Assembly (NCBI GenBank): GCA_963718895.1
Contig: CAVRAG010000008.1
Span: 448,001-512,000 of the forward strand
DNA: 64,000 nt
Reading direction: 5' to 3'
Origin: an uncultured Nitrososphaerota archaeon
Lineage (GTDB): Archaea; Thermoproteota; Nitrososphaeria; Nitrososphaerales; Gagatemarchaeaceae
Shown here one piece after another: positions 37,965 to 48,456 of the stretch. The translations under genes were made by a program, and so were the position numbers. The notes under the pieces are model-generated. The model was not told the DNA's origin. It saw nothing but the letters and a program-made list of their open reading frames with translations, and searched no databases. How positions within the stretch are numbered: position 1 is the stretch's first letter; the number at the start of each line of letters is the position of its first letter.

Positions 37965-38622
37965 CTTTTTATTCCTGCGGTCTCTCGTACATCACCTGAA
38001 ACCCGACGCTATCGATACCAGGATACTCGAGGTTCTGATGGATGACGGGCGAGCCTCGTTCAGGCAGATAGCTCAGAGGACCTCCCTCACCACCCCGACA
38101 GTCTCGTCCCGAGTCGCAAGAATGACTAGGGCCGGTCTAATCAAGAAATTCATCCCCTTACTCTCGGGAGATTCGGTCAACCGCGGGGTCACGACCCTGT
38201 TGACGCTGAAGGTAGGTTCCGCTTCGGTTCAGAGGCTCGCCGAGGACCTGGCGAAGATACGAGAGGTGGAGGCTGTCTACATGACGACGGGACAAAGCAT
38301 CACGCTGAAGGTTACCCTGGACAGCGTCCAGAGTCTGCAGTCCTTCCTAGCTCAGAACGTCTTGAAGAAGCGGGGCGTCGAGGTGACATCGAGCCAGATA
38401 ATCACGAGCACGGTGAAGGAAGAGCCTCCTTCTTTCCTTCCGAGCACGCTTGTCATGAACCTGAAGTGCGACTACTGCGGAGGAGACGTGACGAGCAGCC
38501 GCCCCTACACCATCTCGGTGGGCCCCTCACACTACTACTTCTGCTGCAAGACATGCAGGAAGGACTATCTCGGGGAGCACAGTAAGAGGCTTGCGAAGAT
38601 TACACGCAAGCTCGAGTCATGA
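37957..38622 (+). CDS. copR: Lrp/AsnC-type regulator with C-terminal TRASH domain
   Basis: D.ID..IL..L..DGRAS...IA HTH; CDYCG...YYFCC..C; start uncertain. Confidence 0.85.
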   Translation: MSSFLFLRSLVHHLKPDAIDTRILEVLMDDGRASFRQIAQRTSLTTPTVSSRVARMTRAGLIKKFIPLLSGDSVNRGVTTLLTLKVGSASVQRLAEDLAKIREVEAVYMTTGQSITLKVTLDSVQSLQSFLAQNVLKKRGVEVTSSQIITSTVKEEPPSFLPSTLVMNLKCDYCGGDVTSSRPYTISVGPSHYYFCCKTCRKDYLGEHSKRLAKITRKLES

Positions 38623-38626
38623 TGGG

Positions 38627-38642
38627 CTTAACGTTCGTAAAG
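38627..38642 (+). promoter_or_regulatory. Candidate CopR box upstream of the copA TATA
   Basis: CTTAACGTTCGTAAAG, 7 nt before TTTAAGA. Confidence 0.65.
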
Positions 38643-38680
38643 ACGCGGGTTTAAGACAGCGGATCCGGTCGTGAAGTTTC

Positions 38681-40780
38681 ATGGCGTCGGACCCGATCTG
38701 CGGAATGTACGTCGACGAGGCCACCGCCGAGCTGAAGGCGGAGGTCAGGGGGGTCACGTACTACTTCTGCAGCGAGTCCTGCATGCACGAGTTCCTGGCC
38801 CCGGAGAAGGAGCTCCGGAAGCTCAAGATCGAAGTTCTCGCCTCGGCGCTTCTCTCTATCCCGATACTCCTCTTCACCTATGTCTCTCCCCTCTCAACGC
38901 AGTCCTCCAGTTACATCCTCTTCGCGCTCGACACACCCATCCAGTTCATCGTCGGATGGAGGTTCTACCGCGGAGTCTACGACAGCGTCAGGAGCAGGAT
39001 GGGGAACATGGACGTCCTGATCGCGCTAGGCACGTCTGCGGCGTGGGCCTACTCGACCGTTGTCACCTTCGGCCCCGGGTTCTTCCCCTCCTCCGGCGTC
39101 TACTTCGACACTTCCGCGATCATCATCACCCTGATTCTGACTGGCCGGTATCTCGAGCACGTGACGAAGAGCAGGGCCTCCGCAGCGGTGAGGAAGCTAG
39201 TCGACCTCCAACCGACCGTGGCTCACAGAATCGACGGGAGGGGTGCGGAGGTCGACGTTCCAATAGAGCAGGTCGAGGTCGGAGACGGTTTGGTCGTAAG
39301 ACCTGGGGAGAAGATCCCCGTGGACGCGATTATCGTAGAGGGAAGGTCGGCCATCGACGAGTCCATGATCACGGGCGAGAGCATACCCGCCGAGAAGTCG
39401 GCAGGAGACGAGGTCATAGGAGCGACGATCAACAGGTCTGGGCTGCTGAAGCTGAAAGCGGAGAAGGTGGGCCAGGACACCGCGCTATCTCAGATAGTCA
39501 AGCTCGTCGAGGAGGCTCAGGCCGGAAAAGCGCCCATTCAGAGGCTCGCAGATAGGATCGCTTCATATTTCGTTCCCGTAGTCGTAGCGGCCGCTACCGT
39601 CGCCAGCCTATCCTGGTACTTCTTCGGCCACATAGGGTTCGGCTTCTCCATGCTCGTCTTCGTCTCGGTCGTGGTGATATCTTGCCCGTGTGCACTCGGC
39701 ATCGCTACTCCAGCAGCTCTCCTAGTGGGTACGAGCAAGGGCGCGCAGAGCGGCGTTCTGATCAAAGGAGGCGAGTACCTAGAGCTCGCCAGCAAGGTCG
39801 ACATCGTCATATTCGACAAGACGGGGACGCTCACCGTTGGGAAACCCTCGGTCACCGATGTCATCCCCGTCGATACTCTCAGTTCGGACGAACTTCTGAG
39901 ATTTGCGGCCTCGGTCGAGAAGGGTTCCGAACACCCGCTGGGTCAGGCCATCGTCAACGAGGCGAAGAGCCGCTCCATCGGTCTGTCTGACCCGCAGGAC
40001 TTCGAGGCGGTCGCTGGAAAGGGTGTCAAGGCCAGGGTGGACGGCAGAGTAGTTCTGCTGGGAAACAGGCGACTCATCACAGAGAGCGGTGGAGACCTCT
40101 CGGCGGCGGAGTCGGAAATCAGCAAACTGGAAGATGAAGGAAAGACCGCCATGATTGTCTCTCTGGATGGGAAGGTCGAAGGGGTCGTCGCGGCCGCGGA
40201 TACGGTGAAGCCGTCGGCCAGGGCGACCGTGGACGCTCTGAAAGCCATGCGAGTTCAGGTCGTGATGCTGACTGGAGACAACTCCAGGACTGCGGCCGCA
40301 ATCTCGCAGAAGATTGGCATCGACAAGTTCGTCGCCGAGGTTCTTCCGCAGCAGAAGGAGGAGAAGATAGAGGTCCTGCAGAAGGAGGGGAGGGTGGTCG
40401 CCATGGTGGGGGACGGCATCAACGACGCGCCGGCGCTGGCCAGGGCTGACGTCGGGATAGCAATCGGCAGCGGAACCGACATCGCGAAGGAGACGGGCGG
40501 GATCGTGCTGATCAAGGACGACCTCCGGAACGTTGCGACCGCAATCAAACTCAGTCGGAAGACGCTCGCGAAGATCAAGCAGAACCTCTTCTGGGCCTTC
40601 GCGTACAACGTGGTCCTGATACCCGTGGCAGCGGGGGCGCTCGTGCCGGCCTTCGGGGCCCAGGTCTACACGGTCCTCCCCTTCCTGGCGGCGGGTGCGA
40701 TGGCAGTGAGCTCGGTAACGGTGCTAAGCAACTCGCTCCTGCTGTTCAGGTTCAAAGCGGATTTCGGTGAGAAAGCTTGA
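38681..40780 (+). CDS. copA: Cu+-exporting P1B-type ATPase with N-terminal YHS/TRASH domain
   Basis: [35 protein letters not shown]...P, MxxSS. Confidence 0.95.
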   Translation: MASDPICGMYVDEATAELKAEVRGVTYYFCSESCMHEFLAPEKELRKLKIEVLASALLSIPILLFTYVSPLSTQSSSYILFALDTPIQFIVGWRFYRGVYDSVRSRMGNMDVLIALGTSAAWAYSTVVTFGPGFFPSSGVYFDTSAIIITLILTGRYLEHVTKSRASAAVRKLVDLQPTVAHRIDGRGAEVDVPIEQVEVGDGLVVRPGEKIPVDAIIVEGRSAIDESMITGESIPAEKSAGDEVIGATINRSGLLKLKAEKVGQDTALSQIVKLVEEAQAGKAPIQRLADRIASYFVPVVVAAATVASLSWYFFGHIGFGFSMLVFVSVVVISCPCALGIATPAALLVGTSKGAQSGVLIKGGEYLELASKVDIVIFDKTGTLTVGKPSVTDVIPVDTLSSDELLRFAASVEKGSEHPLGQAIVNEAKSRSIGLSDPQDFEAVAGKGVKARVDGRVVLLGNRRLITESGGDLSAAESEISKLEDEGKTAMIVSLDGKVEGVVAAADTVKPSARATVDALKAMRVQVVMLTGDNSRTAAAISQKIGIDKFVAEVLPQQKEEKIEVLQKEGRVVAMVGDGINDAPALARADVGIAIGSGTDIAKETGGIVLIKDDLRNVATAIKLSRKTLAKIKQNLFWAFAYNVVLIPVAAGALVPAFGAQVYTVLPFLAAGAMAVSSVTVLSNSLLLFRFKADFGEKA

Positions 40781-41034
40781 GCCAGGAGAAGGCGGGGAAA
40801 GGCAAGAGAGCCGTATTCGCGGTGAGAAACATGGACTGCGCGACCTGCGGCCTCGCCCTGGAGAAGAAGTTGAGAAAGGTGGACGGCATCGAAGGCGTGG
40901 CTAGCGCCATCATGCTGAACAAGGTCTTCGTCGACTACGACGGGTCGAAGCTCGGCGTCAACGAGATCAAGAAGGCAATCAAGGAAGCAGGGTATGCCGG
41001 TTACGTGACCAGCGATGGTAATAAAATGCGCTGA
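40777..41034 (+). CDS. HMA-domain metal chaperone (CopZ-like)
   Basis: MDCATC motif; overlaps the copA stop. Confidence 0.85.
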   Translation: MSQEKAGKGKRAVFAVRNMDCATCGLALEKKLRKVDGIEGVASAIMLNKVFVDYDGSKLGVNEIKKAIKEAGYAGYVTSDGNKMR

Positions 41035-41198
41035 CTGCGACTGCACCCCTCAGGAGTGCAGAACCGCGAGGTCAGCGCGTGATTGTCCTCGCTGCACCCG
41101 CGAAGTCTGCTGTTGCTGGGTAGGTTAGCTCGCCCGGCCGCCCGAATTAGGCAACCCAAAAAGAACCGAAGGCAGCCTCGCTCGAGAGATCGAGGCTG

Positions 41199-42680
41199 TC
41201 ACGTCGTTACGATTGCTCCGTACATCCCGCTCTCGGCGTGCCCCGGATAGGTGCACAGGTACCAGAGGTTGGTGGCAGCGCTCGGGAGCGCGACCGTGTA
41301 GGAGTAGTAGGGCGCCCAACCCGCAGCGTAGTTCGCCGGGCTCAGCACGGGCATCATGTACAGGAAGTCACCGCCCCACATCATCCCCTGCATCATCATG
41401 TAGGGATATGGAGGGCTGAGTGTGGTCATGACCAGGTCGTGGTACATGTCGTCGTCGAGGTTGACCACGGTCATGTGGATGGTAGCTCCCTTGGGGACGT
41501 TGAGCGTGGGGTCGATAAGCCCGCCTATGACGAAGACGTCGTCCTTGGCGTAGGATGGCGGCTGCATGCCCGTCATGTTCGTCGCGTTGTCGGGCATTAT
41601 GGCGAACGCTGTTATGTTGATGTTGTGCGAGGTGAAGGTTATCGAGTTGCTGCTCTGAGATACGGTCGCGCCCTCCGGCGCCGTCTTCAGTAGCGCCTCT
41701 GCAGCTGCGATGGACATCGTCCCGGGTGGAAGGCTCGTCGAGGTGGAGGTGGTGTGGGTGCTGGATGTCGTGCTGGAGGCGGCAGAGGTCGTGGACGTGC
41801 TTGTCTGGCTCGTCTTGATTGTACTGGTGCTCGAGGTCGTAGTACTGGTAGTGGTTCCGGTCGTCACGATCTCACCATACATGCCCCCCATGCCGTGGCC
41901 AGGATACGTGCAGACGTACCAGAGGTTCGCGTAGCTCGGGATGGTTACTGTGTAGGAGTAGGTGAACGCCCATCCTGCGCCGTAGTTTGCGGGGCTGAGG
42001 ACGGACATCATGTACAGGAATCCCTGGAAGCCGCTGCCCCCCATCATCCCCGTTCCGTACCCGTTCCAAGTCATGTACTGGCTCATGTTGGAGGCGAAGG
42101 GCGGGCCCACCGTCGAGACCACTAGGTCGTTGTACACCGCGTTGTCCATGTTGACTATGGTGAAAGTCACCGCCGCGCCCGTCGGGATGTACAGCGTCGG
42201 GTCGATCAGGCCGCCCATGACGAATACGTCGCCCTGAGCATACGAGGGTGGATGCATCCCGGTCGTACGAGTGGCGTTCTCCTGCGTGGTGGCGAAGGCC
42301 GTGATGCTGATGCTAGACGAAGAGGTGAACGTTATCGAGTTGCTGCTCTGGGAGACGGCCGCGCCCGCGAGCGGAGACCCCATGAGCGCCATGGCCTCGC
42401 TGATGGAGATGGACCCGCTCGGAAGACCAGTGGAGGTGCTGGAGCTGCTGGTCGTTGTTCCCGGGCTCGTTGAAGCCGTGCTCGTGCCAGATTGGGTGCT
42501 GCTGCCGGTCACTGTCTTTGTGCCGGCTCCTCCCAGACCATATGCGCCGTAAGCGGCGACCGCTGCGACCGCTATGATGACTATGACCACTATGGCGAAG
42601 ATGGAGTTAGAAACTCCGGGCTTCCGCTTTTGCCTGAGAAGGCTCGGCCATGTCCTTGAGACTCCACTATTCAGGGCCAA
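41199..42680 (-). CDS. Membrane-anchored protein with two tandem sulfocyanin/rusticyanin-like domains
   Basis: Duplicated domains ending CTYPGH.xGM; S/T linkers; Met-rich loops. Confidence 0.82.
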   Translation of the reverse strand: MALNSGVSRTWPSLLRQKRKPGVSNSIFAIVVIVIIAVAAVAAYGAYGLGGAGTKTVTGSSTQSGTSTASTSPGTTTSSSSTSTGLPSGSISISEAMALMGSPLAGAAVSQSSNSITFTSSSSISITAFATTQENATRTTGMHPPSYAQGDVFVMGGLIDPTLYIPTGAAVTFTIVNMDNAVYNDLVVSTVGPPFASNMSQYMTWNGYGTGMMGGSGFQGFLYMMSVLSPANYGAGWAFTYSYTVTIPSYANLWYVCTYPGHGMGGMYGEIVTTGTTTSTTTSSTSTIKTSQTSTSTTSAASSTTSSTHTTSTSTSLPPGTMSIAAAEALLKTAPEGATVSQSSNSITFTSHNINITAFAIMPDNATNMTGMQPPSYAKDDVFVIGGLIDPTLNVPKGATIHMTVVNLDDDMYHDLVMTTLSPPYPYMMMQGMMWGGDFLYMMPVLSPANYAAGWAPYYSYTVALPSAATNLWYLCTYPGHAESGMYGAIVTT

Positions 42681-42850
42681 TTCCCCCTTCGCAGTCGTTG
42701 CTTACTTCCTCACCGGACATTTCAACTCGTCTATCGCCGTGCAAAAAGGGGAGCGTTAAAGGGATTCCAGTGGTTCTCAACGTTGAGGACCGGCCCTCGG
42801 ACGTAGCTGACGGACCCGATGTGTTGTCGACCACTCCGATCACTTCGCTT

Positions 42851-43228
42851 TCAGCTCGCCGTTCGGTTCGTCCCGATGCCGAAGTAGTTGGTCATGTACT
42901 GGACGCACCCCATGAAAAAGTTGCCCCCATTGGTCAACAGGCCTTGGTTCCCCATCATCCCCCACGGTCCTCCAGTGCCCCAAGAGCTTGCTCCCATCAT
43001 CCCGCCAAAGTGCGTCGGTGTCGAGGTTGCCCCCCCACTTGCGGATCCCACTACACCGGAGAAACCGCCCATCATGCCTCCTCCGCCGTAGCCCGACATC
43101 ATGCCCCCTCTTCCCTGCTGACCCGCTGAGGGCGTCTGTCCAACGAATCCGAACGCTGCCCCTGCAGCCAGTCCGACCGCCACCAGGAGCCCAAGTCCCA
43201 CGATGATTGCCTTTTCAGTTGTGTTCAT
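42851..43228 (-). CDS. Small Gly/Met-rich exported protein
   Basis: Signal/TM followed by repeated GGMM motifs. Confidence 0.65.
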   Translation of the reverse strand: MNTTEKAIIVGLGLLVAVGLAAGAAFGFVGQTPSAGQQGRGGMMSGYGGGGMMGGFSGVVGSASGGATSTPTHFGGMMGASSWGTGGPWGMMGNQGLLTNGGNFFMGCVQYMTNYFGIGTNRTAS

Positions 43229-43367
43229 TTTGATGCACGGCGTGTACTACGCATGGCGGGGTTATGGTAGTACGCTGAAACGAAACGGTGAAACCGTTTC
43301 ATCCGGCCTTAACTGAAAATCTCGCAGAAACGCAGCCCAAAAGACGCGTGATGTGCAATAATCTGCG

Positions 43368-43937
43368 CTAGGCCGAACGGCCTGGGCGGGGTCGCAGGGA
43401 CGGTGCCAGCGATATCTCATTGGTGTTCCCGCTGCTGACGGCCGTCACTATCCCTCTCTCGGCGAAGCGTGAGACTATCCTGTGCGTCTTGAGCTTGCTC
43501 AGACCCGAGTCCTTTACGATGAACTTCTGGAGGTACTTGCCATCATGCGCGGCGAGTACCTCTAGGACCTTGCGCTCGTCCGGCTTCGAGGTACTCAGGA
43601 GGAAGTCCCAGCTCTGTGCGGCTTCCGGCAGTTCTGGAACGGTTTCAGCCGTGGGTATCAGGAGCCGCTTCCTCGGGATCTGAGGGTAGGTCATGAAATA
43701 GACCAACCCGACGACGCCTACGACCGTCAGTCCTATGAACGCTGCTGCCAGGTACCAGACGTACGAGGGCATTTGGAGGTTCATCCCTGCTGAGTTCTCG
43801 CTCCCCATCATCTGTCCCATCATCCCTCCCAGACTCCCCGTCCCAGATTGGTAGTCCGAAAGGTACCAGATGATGATAAGGAGAAACGCGGCGAGGGACC
43901 CGACGATTAGGGCCGTGAACAGCCAAGTCCGTTTCAT
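43368..43937 (-). CDS. Membrane-anchored winged-HTH protein with Met-rich extracellular loop
   Basis: Two TM flanking GGMMGQMM; C-terminal DER.VL..L...G...Q..I...GLSK.K.HRIV.R...RG. Confidence 0.75.
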   Translation of the reverse strand: MKRTWLFTALIVGSLAAFLLIIIWYLSDYQSGTGSLGGMMGQMMGSENSAGMNLQMPSYVWYLAAAFIGLTVVGVVGLVYFMTYPQIPRKRLLIPTAETVPELPEAAQSWDFLLSTSKPDERKVLEVLAAHDGKYLQKFIVKDSGLSKLKTHRIVSRFAERGIVTAVSSGNTNEISLAPSLRPRPGRSA

Positions 43938-44218
43938 CGTCTTGTGCCTCCAGATTCCATTCGAGCGCCATGGTTGGGCATCGCCGCACCCTTCTAACGA
44001 CCCGACATCGCCCATGCTAATTAAGGATGGGTTGGAAAGGCGAGAGGAAAGACCACTCTAGGGGTCGTTTCAGCCGCCGTCGTTATCCCTACTCGCTCAT
44101 GCCACGGCAAGGGTCAGAAGAGAATTGGAGGTGTCGCCTTCGCTTAGGGGAGAAGGCTCAACTTAAACTGGCTCTTGCGTTGTCCGATCCGGAGGGACCG
44201 GGATCAGCGGTGTCTCCT

Positions 44219-44962
44219 CTATTCCGCCGCGTGGAGCTCACGGTATGATTCTGTAGCTTCTTTTGCGACGAAGATGAGTATCACTGCGGTGGCAAGATAG
44301 TCGACCCACCAGAGCCCAAGAAGATACTCGGCGAGAAGGCCGACCAGCAAGACCGTGGCCATCAGGAAGCACGTGACCGATTCGACGGCGTCCATCTTCA
44401 GGGGCAGACAACGGGTCTCTTCTCCGATCCTCCTCTTGCGGAAGTAGAGATAGGGCATTATGATGACGGCGCCTGCGGCCACGGCTACTCCCAGCGGCGA
44501 CCCTTCTGGCCGGAGCCCCGAGGCGTAGGAGTAGACAGCCCCCAAGCCTATGACGGGGATCAGGGTGAAGAGTAGCGCGCTCGTGATTTGCTCAGCCCTC
44601 CGGTTCTCCAGTTCCGAGTTGCTCGCATCCCTTCGCAGGTGGCCCAGGACCACAAAGCCCGAGATCAGTTCGATCACGCTGTCGCCTCCGAACGCCAGTA
44701 AGGCGAGGCTGCCCGCGATCAGGCCGAATCCGATCGAGGCGAGAGCCTCGACGGTCATCCACGCCGAGCTGAGGTACTCGACCCTGATTCCCATCTCTGC
44801 CCTAGCCTTCCTCCAGTGGCCGTGGGCGGCACTGCAGCAGCAGGAGGCGCAGTTGGAGCACTCGGCTCGAGCGTTGCAGGGCGCGCAGGAGTTCTCCACG
44901 CAGCCACAGGTCAGGCACGAGGAAGATGCTGGCGCTCCGAGTGGCATCGGGCAGGAATGCAC
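44219..44962 (-). CDS. CDF-family cation transporter (TM domain only) with Cys-rich N-terminus
   Basis: AGSLALLAFGGDSVIE, DAVES..C, WWVD; 11 Cys in the first 43 aa. Confidence 0.78.
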   Translation of the reverse strand: MHSCPMPLGAPASSSCLTCGCVENSCAPCNARAECSNCASCCCSAAHGHWRKARAEMGIRVEYLSSAWMTVEALASIGFGLIAGSLALLAFGGDSVIELISGFVVLGHLRRDASNSELENRRAEQITSALLFTLIPVIGLGAVYSYASGLRPEGSPLGVAVAAGAVIIMPYLYFRKRRIGEETRCLPLKMDAVESVTCFLMATVLLVGLLAEYLLGLWWVDYLATAVILIFVAKEATESYRELHAAE

Positions 44963-45097
44963 CTAGGGTCTATTATCTGTTTCACGACGTGGCCTCACAC
45001 CCGGCCGGCTGCTGGCGCAACCTGGGCTGCTGCTCATCGAGTACTTTCCTATGCTGCGCGGGATTCAGGCAATCTGCTCTCGTCGGCCGAACCGCGG

Positions 45098-45409
45098 TCA
45101 GCTCTGCCTTGCCGTGGGGCAAGCGTGGAAGAAAGGATCCACGTGCTGGACGCAGAAGCTCTTCATGCACAGTTGGCACTGGAAGACCTCCGCCTTGGGT
45201 CCCTTCACTGGGCCGCAAAGGTCGCAGATCACCACCGGTTCCGCCGTTTTGGGCGCGTCGGGAGCCGCATCCTCGAGGCCTTCCGTCGAGACACCGATGG
45301 GTGCGGTCGACTCCTCTTGGTCGGTCGGGGAAGATTCTGGCACTTCGACCTCGCCCGAATCTTCGGCAGATTCGGGTGCCGCATCTACCTGACTTTCCTG
45401 CATGCCCAA
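45098..45409 (-). CDS. AN1-like zinc-finger protein with acidic N-terminus
   Basis: CDLC...CQLC...FCVQH....HAC. Confidence 0.7.
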   Translation of the reverse strand: MGMQESQVDAAPESAEDSGEVEVPESSPTDQEESTAPIGVSTEGLEDAAPDAPKTAEPVVICDLCGPVKGPKAEVFQCQLCMKSFCVQHVDPFFHACPTARQS

Positions 45410-45493
45410 GGACGAATTCGCGTCCCATTAAAAAATCTCCGGTGAGGTGAGACTCTGCCCCTCCTAGGCCGCAATCTCGCTCAGGTGGTCGGC

Positions 45494-46030
45494 TCAGAGC
45501 TTGGCGGTGCCAGTCTTGGGGAGCCGGGCGAACTGCCACGCGGCACCCGCCAAGACCGCCGACGCGGCGAGGATGAGGACGATACCGGAGATCGTGACGG
45601 GGATGCCCCTCCCGGCGCCGATTACGTGCACAAGGATTAGCGACGCTCCGATCAGAGAGAGAAGACCGTGGTAGAACAGCGAAGACCCTAGGCCTTCCAT
45701 GAAAAGAAGGCCGGTCACCCAAACGACGAAGGCGGCGTAGGTCGCGAGGTAACCCAGGAGGACCGGCAAAGATACGGGGAAGAGAAGGAAGAAGGCCGCA
45801 TGGGCCAGCAGGAACCCCCCGCCTGACGCTGCTATCCAGACATGGATTCCCCTCAGGAGGTCAGGATTTCTGAACCTGCGCAGCAGACTTCGCCGGAAGA
45901 TCATCATCACCCCGGCCGCGCCAATCAGGAAGAACGCGAGAAATCCTGCGAGGTTTGCCAGGAAGGCGCCTCTGTAGAGGACGTCGACAGGGAGAGGATT
46001 GGCGAAGGCGAGCAAGACGGAGAGCAACAC
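45494..46030 (-). CDS. Polytopic membrane protein with TM histidines (possible cytochrome b-like)
   Basis: About 6 TM; His in IHVW, LAHA, FYHG and LVHV; the true start may lie further upstream. Confidence 0.6.
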   Translation of the reverse strand: MLLSVLLAFANPLPVDVLYRGAFLANLAGFLAFFLIGAAGVMMIFRRSLLRRFRNPDLLRGIHVWIAASGGGFLLAHAAFFLLFPVSLPVLLGYLATYAAFVVWVTGLLFMEGLGSSLFYHGLLSLIGASLILVHVIGAGRGIPVTISGIVLILAASAVLAGAAWQFARLPKTGTAKL

Positions 46031-46122
46031 GAAGGCCGTGAGTGTCAGGGTAGAGTAGAAGGCCAGCTTGCCCTGCAGCTTATCGCATCCCCTTGGTCAA
46101 CCTGCGTCTGGCTTGTCCCGGT

Positions 46123-46530
46123 CTATTTCTTGAGATAGGAGCGGCCGGTCCTCAAGTAAAGGTCCTTCCCGTTCAGCCAGTCCCGTCTCAGGGGTGAGAA
46201 GCAATCGTAGTCTTCAGTGTCTTCGAGCGCGACAGCCTCGTGCACCACGTTCGAAGGGATTATCAGGACCTCTCCCGATTTGACCGTGAAGTCCTCATCG
46301 TCTATCGTGAACTTGAGAGCGCCCTTCATTATGAAGGTTATCTGCTCGCTAAGGTGTTTGTGGGCTGGCACTATGGCACCCTTCTTCAACCAGATGTAAC
46401 CCAGCATCTCCCTCTTCCCGACGGCAAGACGCCGGGAGATCTTGGGGTTCAGCCACTCGGGCTCCATCTCTGCCCACCTAATGTGTCTGACTCTCCTCTC
46501 GGTGGTCGTTGCTGCTTTCTTCGGCTTCAT
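46123..46530 (-). CDS. Cupin-domain protein
   Basis: PAHKH.SEQ...G, IPSNVVH. Confidence 0.85.
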   Translation of the reverse strand: MKPKKAATTTERRVRHIRWAEMEPEWLNPKISRRLAVGKREMLGYIWLKKGAIVPAHKHLSEQITFIMKGALKFTIDDEDFTVKSGEVLIIPSNVVHEAVALEDTEDYDCFSPLRRDWLNGKDLYLRTGRSYLKK

Positions 46531-46625
46531 CGCTCCGTCATGAGACCCCGGCGGACTTCAATATAGGTTGTCGCATCGTGCCGCCGGGCCCGGCCCTCCG
46601 CGAACGGGGCAGGTCTTCTGGGCGG

Positions 46626-47186
46626 TCATCCAGACGTCTGTGACCCACACCGTCGGACGTAGGACCAGAATTCATCCCAGGCTATGGGTTTCCACTTGTC
46701 GACGCCTTCGGGCGTCTTGTACCACTCGATCAGGACCTTGCGCTTGCCGATGCGCAGGCCGAGTAGTGGCACACTCTGCATCGGCTCGGCGTTTATTTCG
46801 AACCACCTGTTCCCGACCTTGCACGACGTGCCGGGAGCTAACTTGGCGTTGAAGTGCTTGCGGATCTCGGCCTCAAAGAGCTTCGGCGAGGCGTAGCGGA
46901 CTATCTCCCTGTCAGCGAAGACGGTGAAGGCCAGTTTCCCGCTCGGCTGCTGGTCGGGGACTGCCTCGGGCTCGGCCACGCGTGGCCGTACTCGATAGCC
47001 CTGCGATATCATTATGGTGCTGTACGCCTCTGTGATCGCGTTGAACTTGGCCTCGGCCTCCGGTCCGCTGTTCCGGTCGGGATGGTACTCTAGGGCGAGC
47101 CTCCGGAAGGCCGACTTGACCTCGGAGAAGTCTGCGTCCGAGCGTATCCCGAGGATACGGTAGCACCTTTCGAGTTCCATGAGCAA
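46626..47186 (-). CDS. J-domain protein
   Basis: Y.ILG...VKSAFRRLA..YHPDRN. Confidence 0.85.
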   Translation of the reverse strand: MLMELERCYRILGIRSDADFSEVKSAFRRLALEYHPDRNSGPEAEAKFNAITEAYSTIMISQGYRVRPRVAEPEAVPDQQPSGKLAFTVFADREIVRYASPKLFEAEIRKHFNAKLAPGTSCKVGNRWFEINAEPMQSVPLLGLRIGKRKVLIEWYKTPEGVDKWKPIAWDEFWSYVRRCGSQTSG

Positions 47187-47292
47187 CTTCGCCCTGGCAC
47201 TAGCGGAGATGCGCCAGTCCGCTTAGCAATTCGTCAAGCCTAGCGAGGCGGACGTATGAAAGGTTATAGTTCCACGCCCTCTCGGACGGGCG

Positions 47293-47892
47293 TTGCTCGA
47301 GAGCTGGCAGGTCTTTCTTAGCGGCATGGCCCTGGGCGTCTCGATCGCAGCTCCTCCGGGGCCGGTCAACGCCGCAGCGACGTTTCAGGTGACGAAGTCG
47401 TGGATGGCGGGCTGGCTCACCCTCCTCGGAGCCACCGCGGCCGATGGAATCTTCTTTGTCCTGACCTACTTCGGGTTGACCACCCTGATAGCGAACGGGG
47501 AGGCGCGGGATCTGCTCTTCGTGGTCGGCGGGGCGTTCATGCTCTACCTCGCGTACTCGACTCTCAAACTCGCCAAGGACAAGCCCAAGTCTGGTCCCGT
47601 GAGAGGAGGTAGGTACCCTTTCTTCCTGGGCCTCACCATCGGAATCACCAACCCTTTCCAGCTGGCGTGGTGGATAGCGGTCGGAGTCGGGATGGTCTCC
47701 ACGTTTGGGCTTAGCATCGTCGCGGGGTTCTTCGCTGGGATCGTCGCCTGGACCCTCTTCTTCTCCACGCTCCTGAGGGCGGGCCTCACCAGATACCAGA
47801 GCGTCTACCCGGTCCTCGTCTACGTCTCCGGGGCCATCCTGTTGGGATTCGGGGTCTGGTTCCTCTACTCGGCTATCTCTTCGCTCGCCTGA
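47293..47892 (+). CDS. LysE family transporter
   Basis: G..LG.SIAAPPGPVN, G....NP. Confidence 0.85.
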   Translation: MLESWQVFLSGMALGVSIAAPPGPVNAAATFQVTKSWMAGWLTLLGATAADGIFFVLTYFGLTTLIANGEARDLLFVVGGAFMLYLAYSTLKLAKDKPKSGPVRGGRYPFFLGLTIGITNPFQLAWWIAVGVGMVSTFGLSIVAGFFAGIVAWTLFFSTLLRAGLTRYQSVYPVLVYVSGAILLGFGVWFLYSAISSLA

Positions 47893-48379
47893 CTCTCTGC
47901 TCGTACCCGCGGACCGCCGATTCCTGGGCGCCCTCCACGGAACCGGGCCGCATGGCTCGGAGCCGGGCGATCGCTTCGTCGGCCGTTCTGCCTTCGTACT
48001 CTATCATGTAGGCGGCTATCACGCTCCCGGTCCTTCCTACGCCGGCCAAGCAGTGGACCAGCACGGTCTTGCCGTCTTTGAGCTGAGACGAGATGTACCT
48101 GGTCGACTCCTCGAGCGCCTCGGGTGCCGGTGGCGCGTGGTCGAACATCTGGATGTGTTTGGACGACAGTTTGGTCGAATCGAACCATTCCTTCGGCAGC
48201 GGTGACTCCGTGAGCGTGAGCACGGAGTCAACCCCGTGACTCTCGAGCCACTGCAACTGCCTTCGAGACGAGGGGAGGCCCGAAGCGGCCAGCTGGCCTT
48301 CGATCACCCAGCTGAAGGAGGTGGGCCTGTCCGTGAACTTGGAGCGGACTCTCCGGTACGCCCTTCCGGTTCTTCCCAA
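47873..48379 (-). CDS. Dual-specificity protein phosphatase
   Basis: VHCLAGVGRTG (CX5R), FSWVI, RPGSVE. Confidence 0.9.
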   Translation of the reverse strand: MGRTGRAYRRVRSKFTDRPTSFSWVIEGQLAASGLPSSRRQLQWLESHGVDSVLTLTESPLPKEWFDSTKLSSKHIQMFDHAPPAPEALEESTRYISSQLKDGKTVLVHCLAGVGRTGSVIAAYMIEYEGRTADEAIARLRAMRPGSVEGAQESAVRGYEQRVRRAKR

Positions 48380-48456
48380 GCGGAAACGACTCTCGCAGTC
48401 TGAGAAGGAAAACGAAGATACGCTTTTCGGTTTGTCGCTTACGGGGCGGTGCTAGT

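Noticed and set aside
44926-45722. Overlapping Arg/Pro-rich ORFs
   Set aside because: Alternative frames of the AN1-like zinc-finger and membrane-protein genes.
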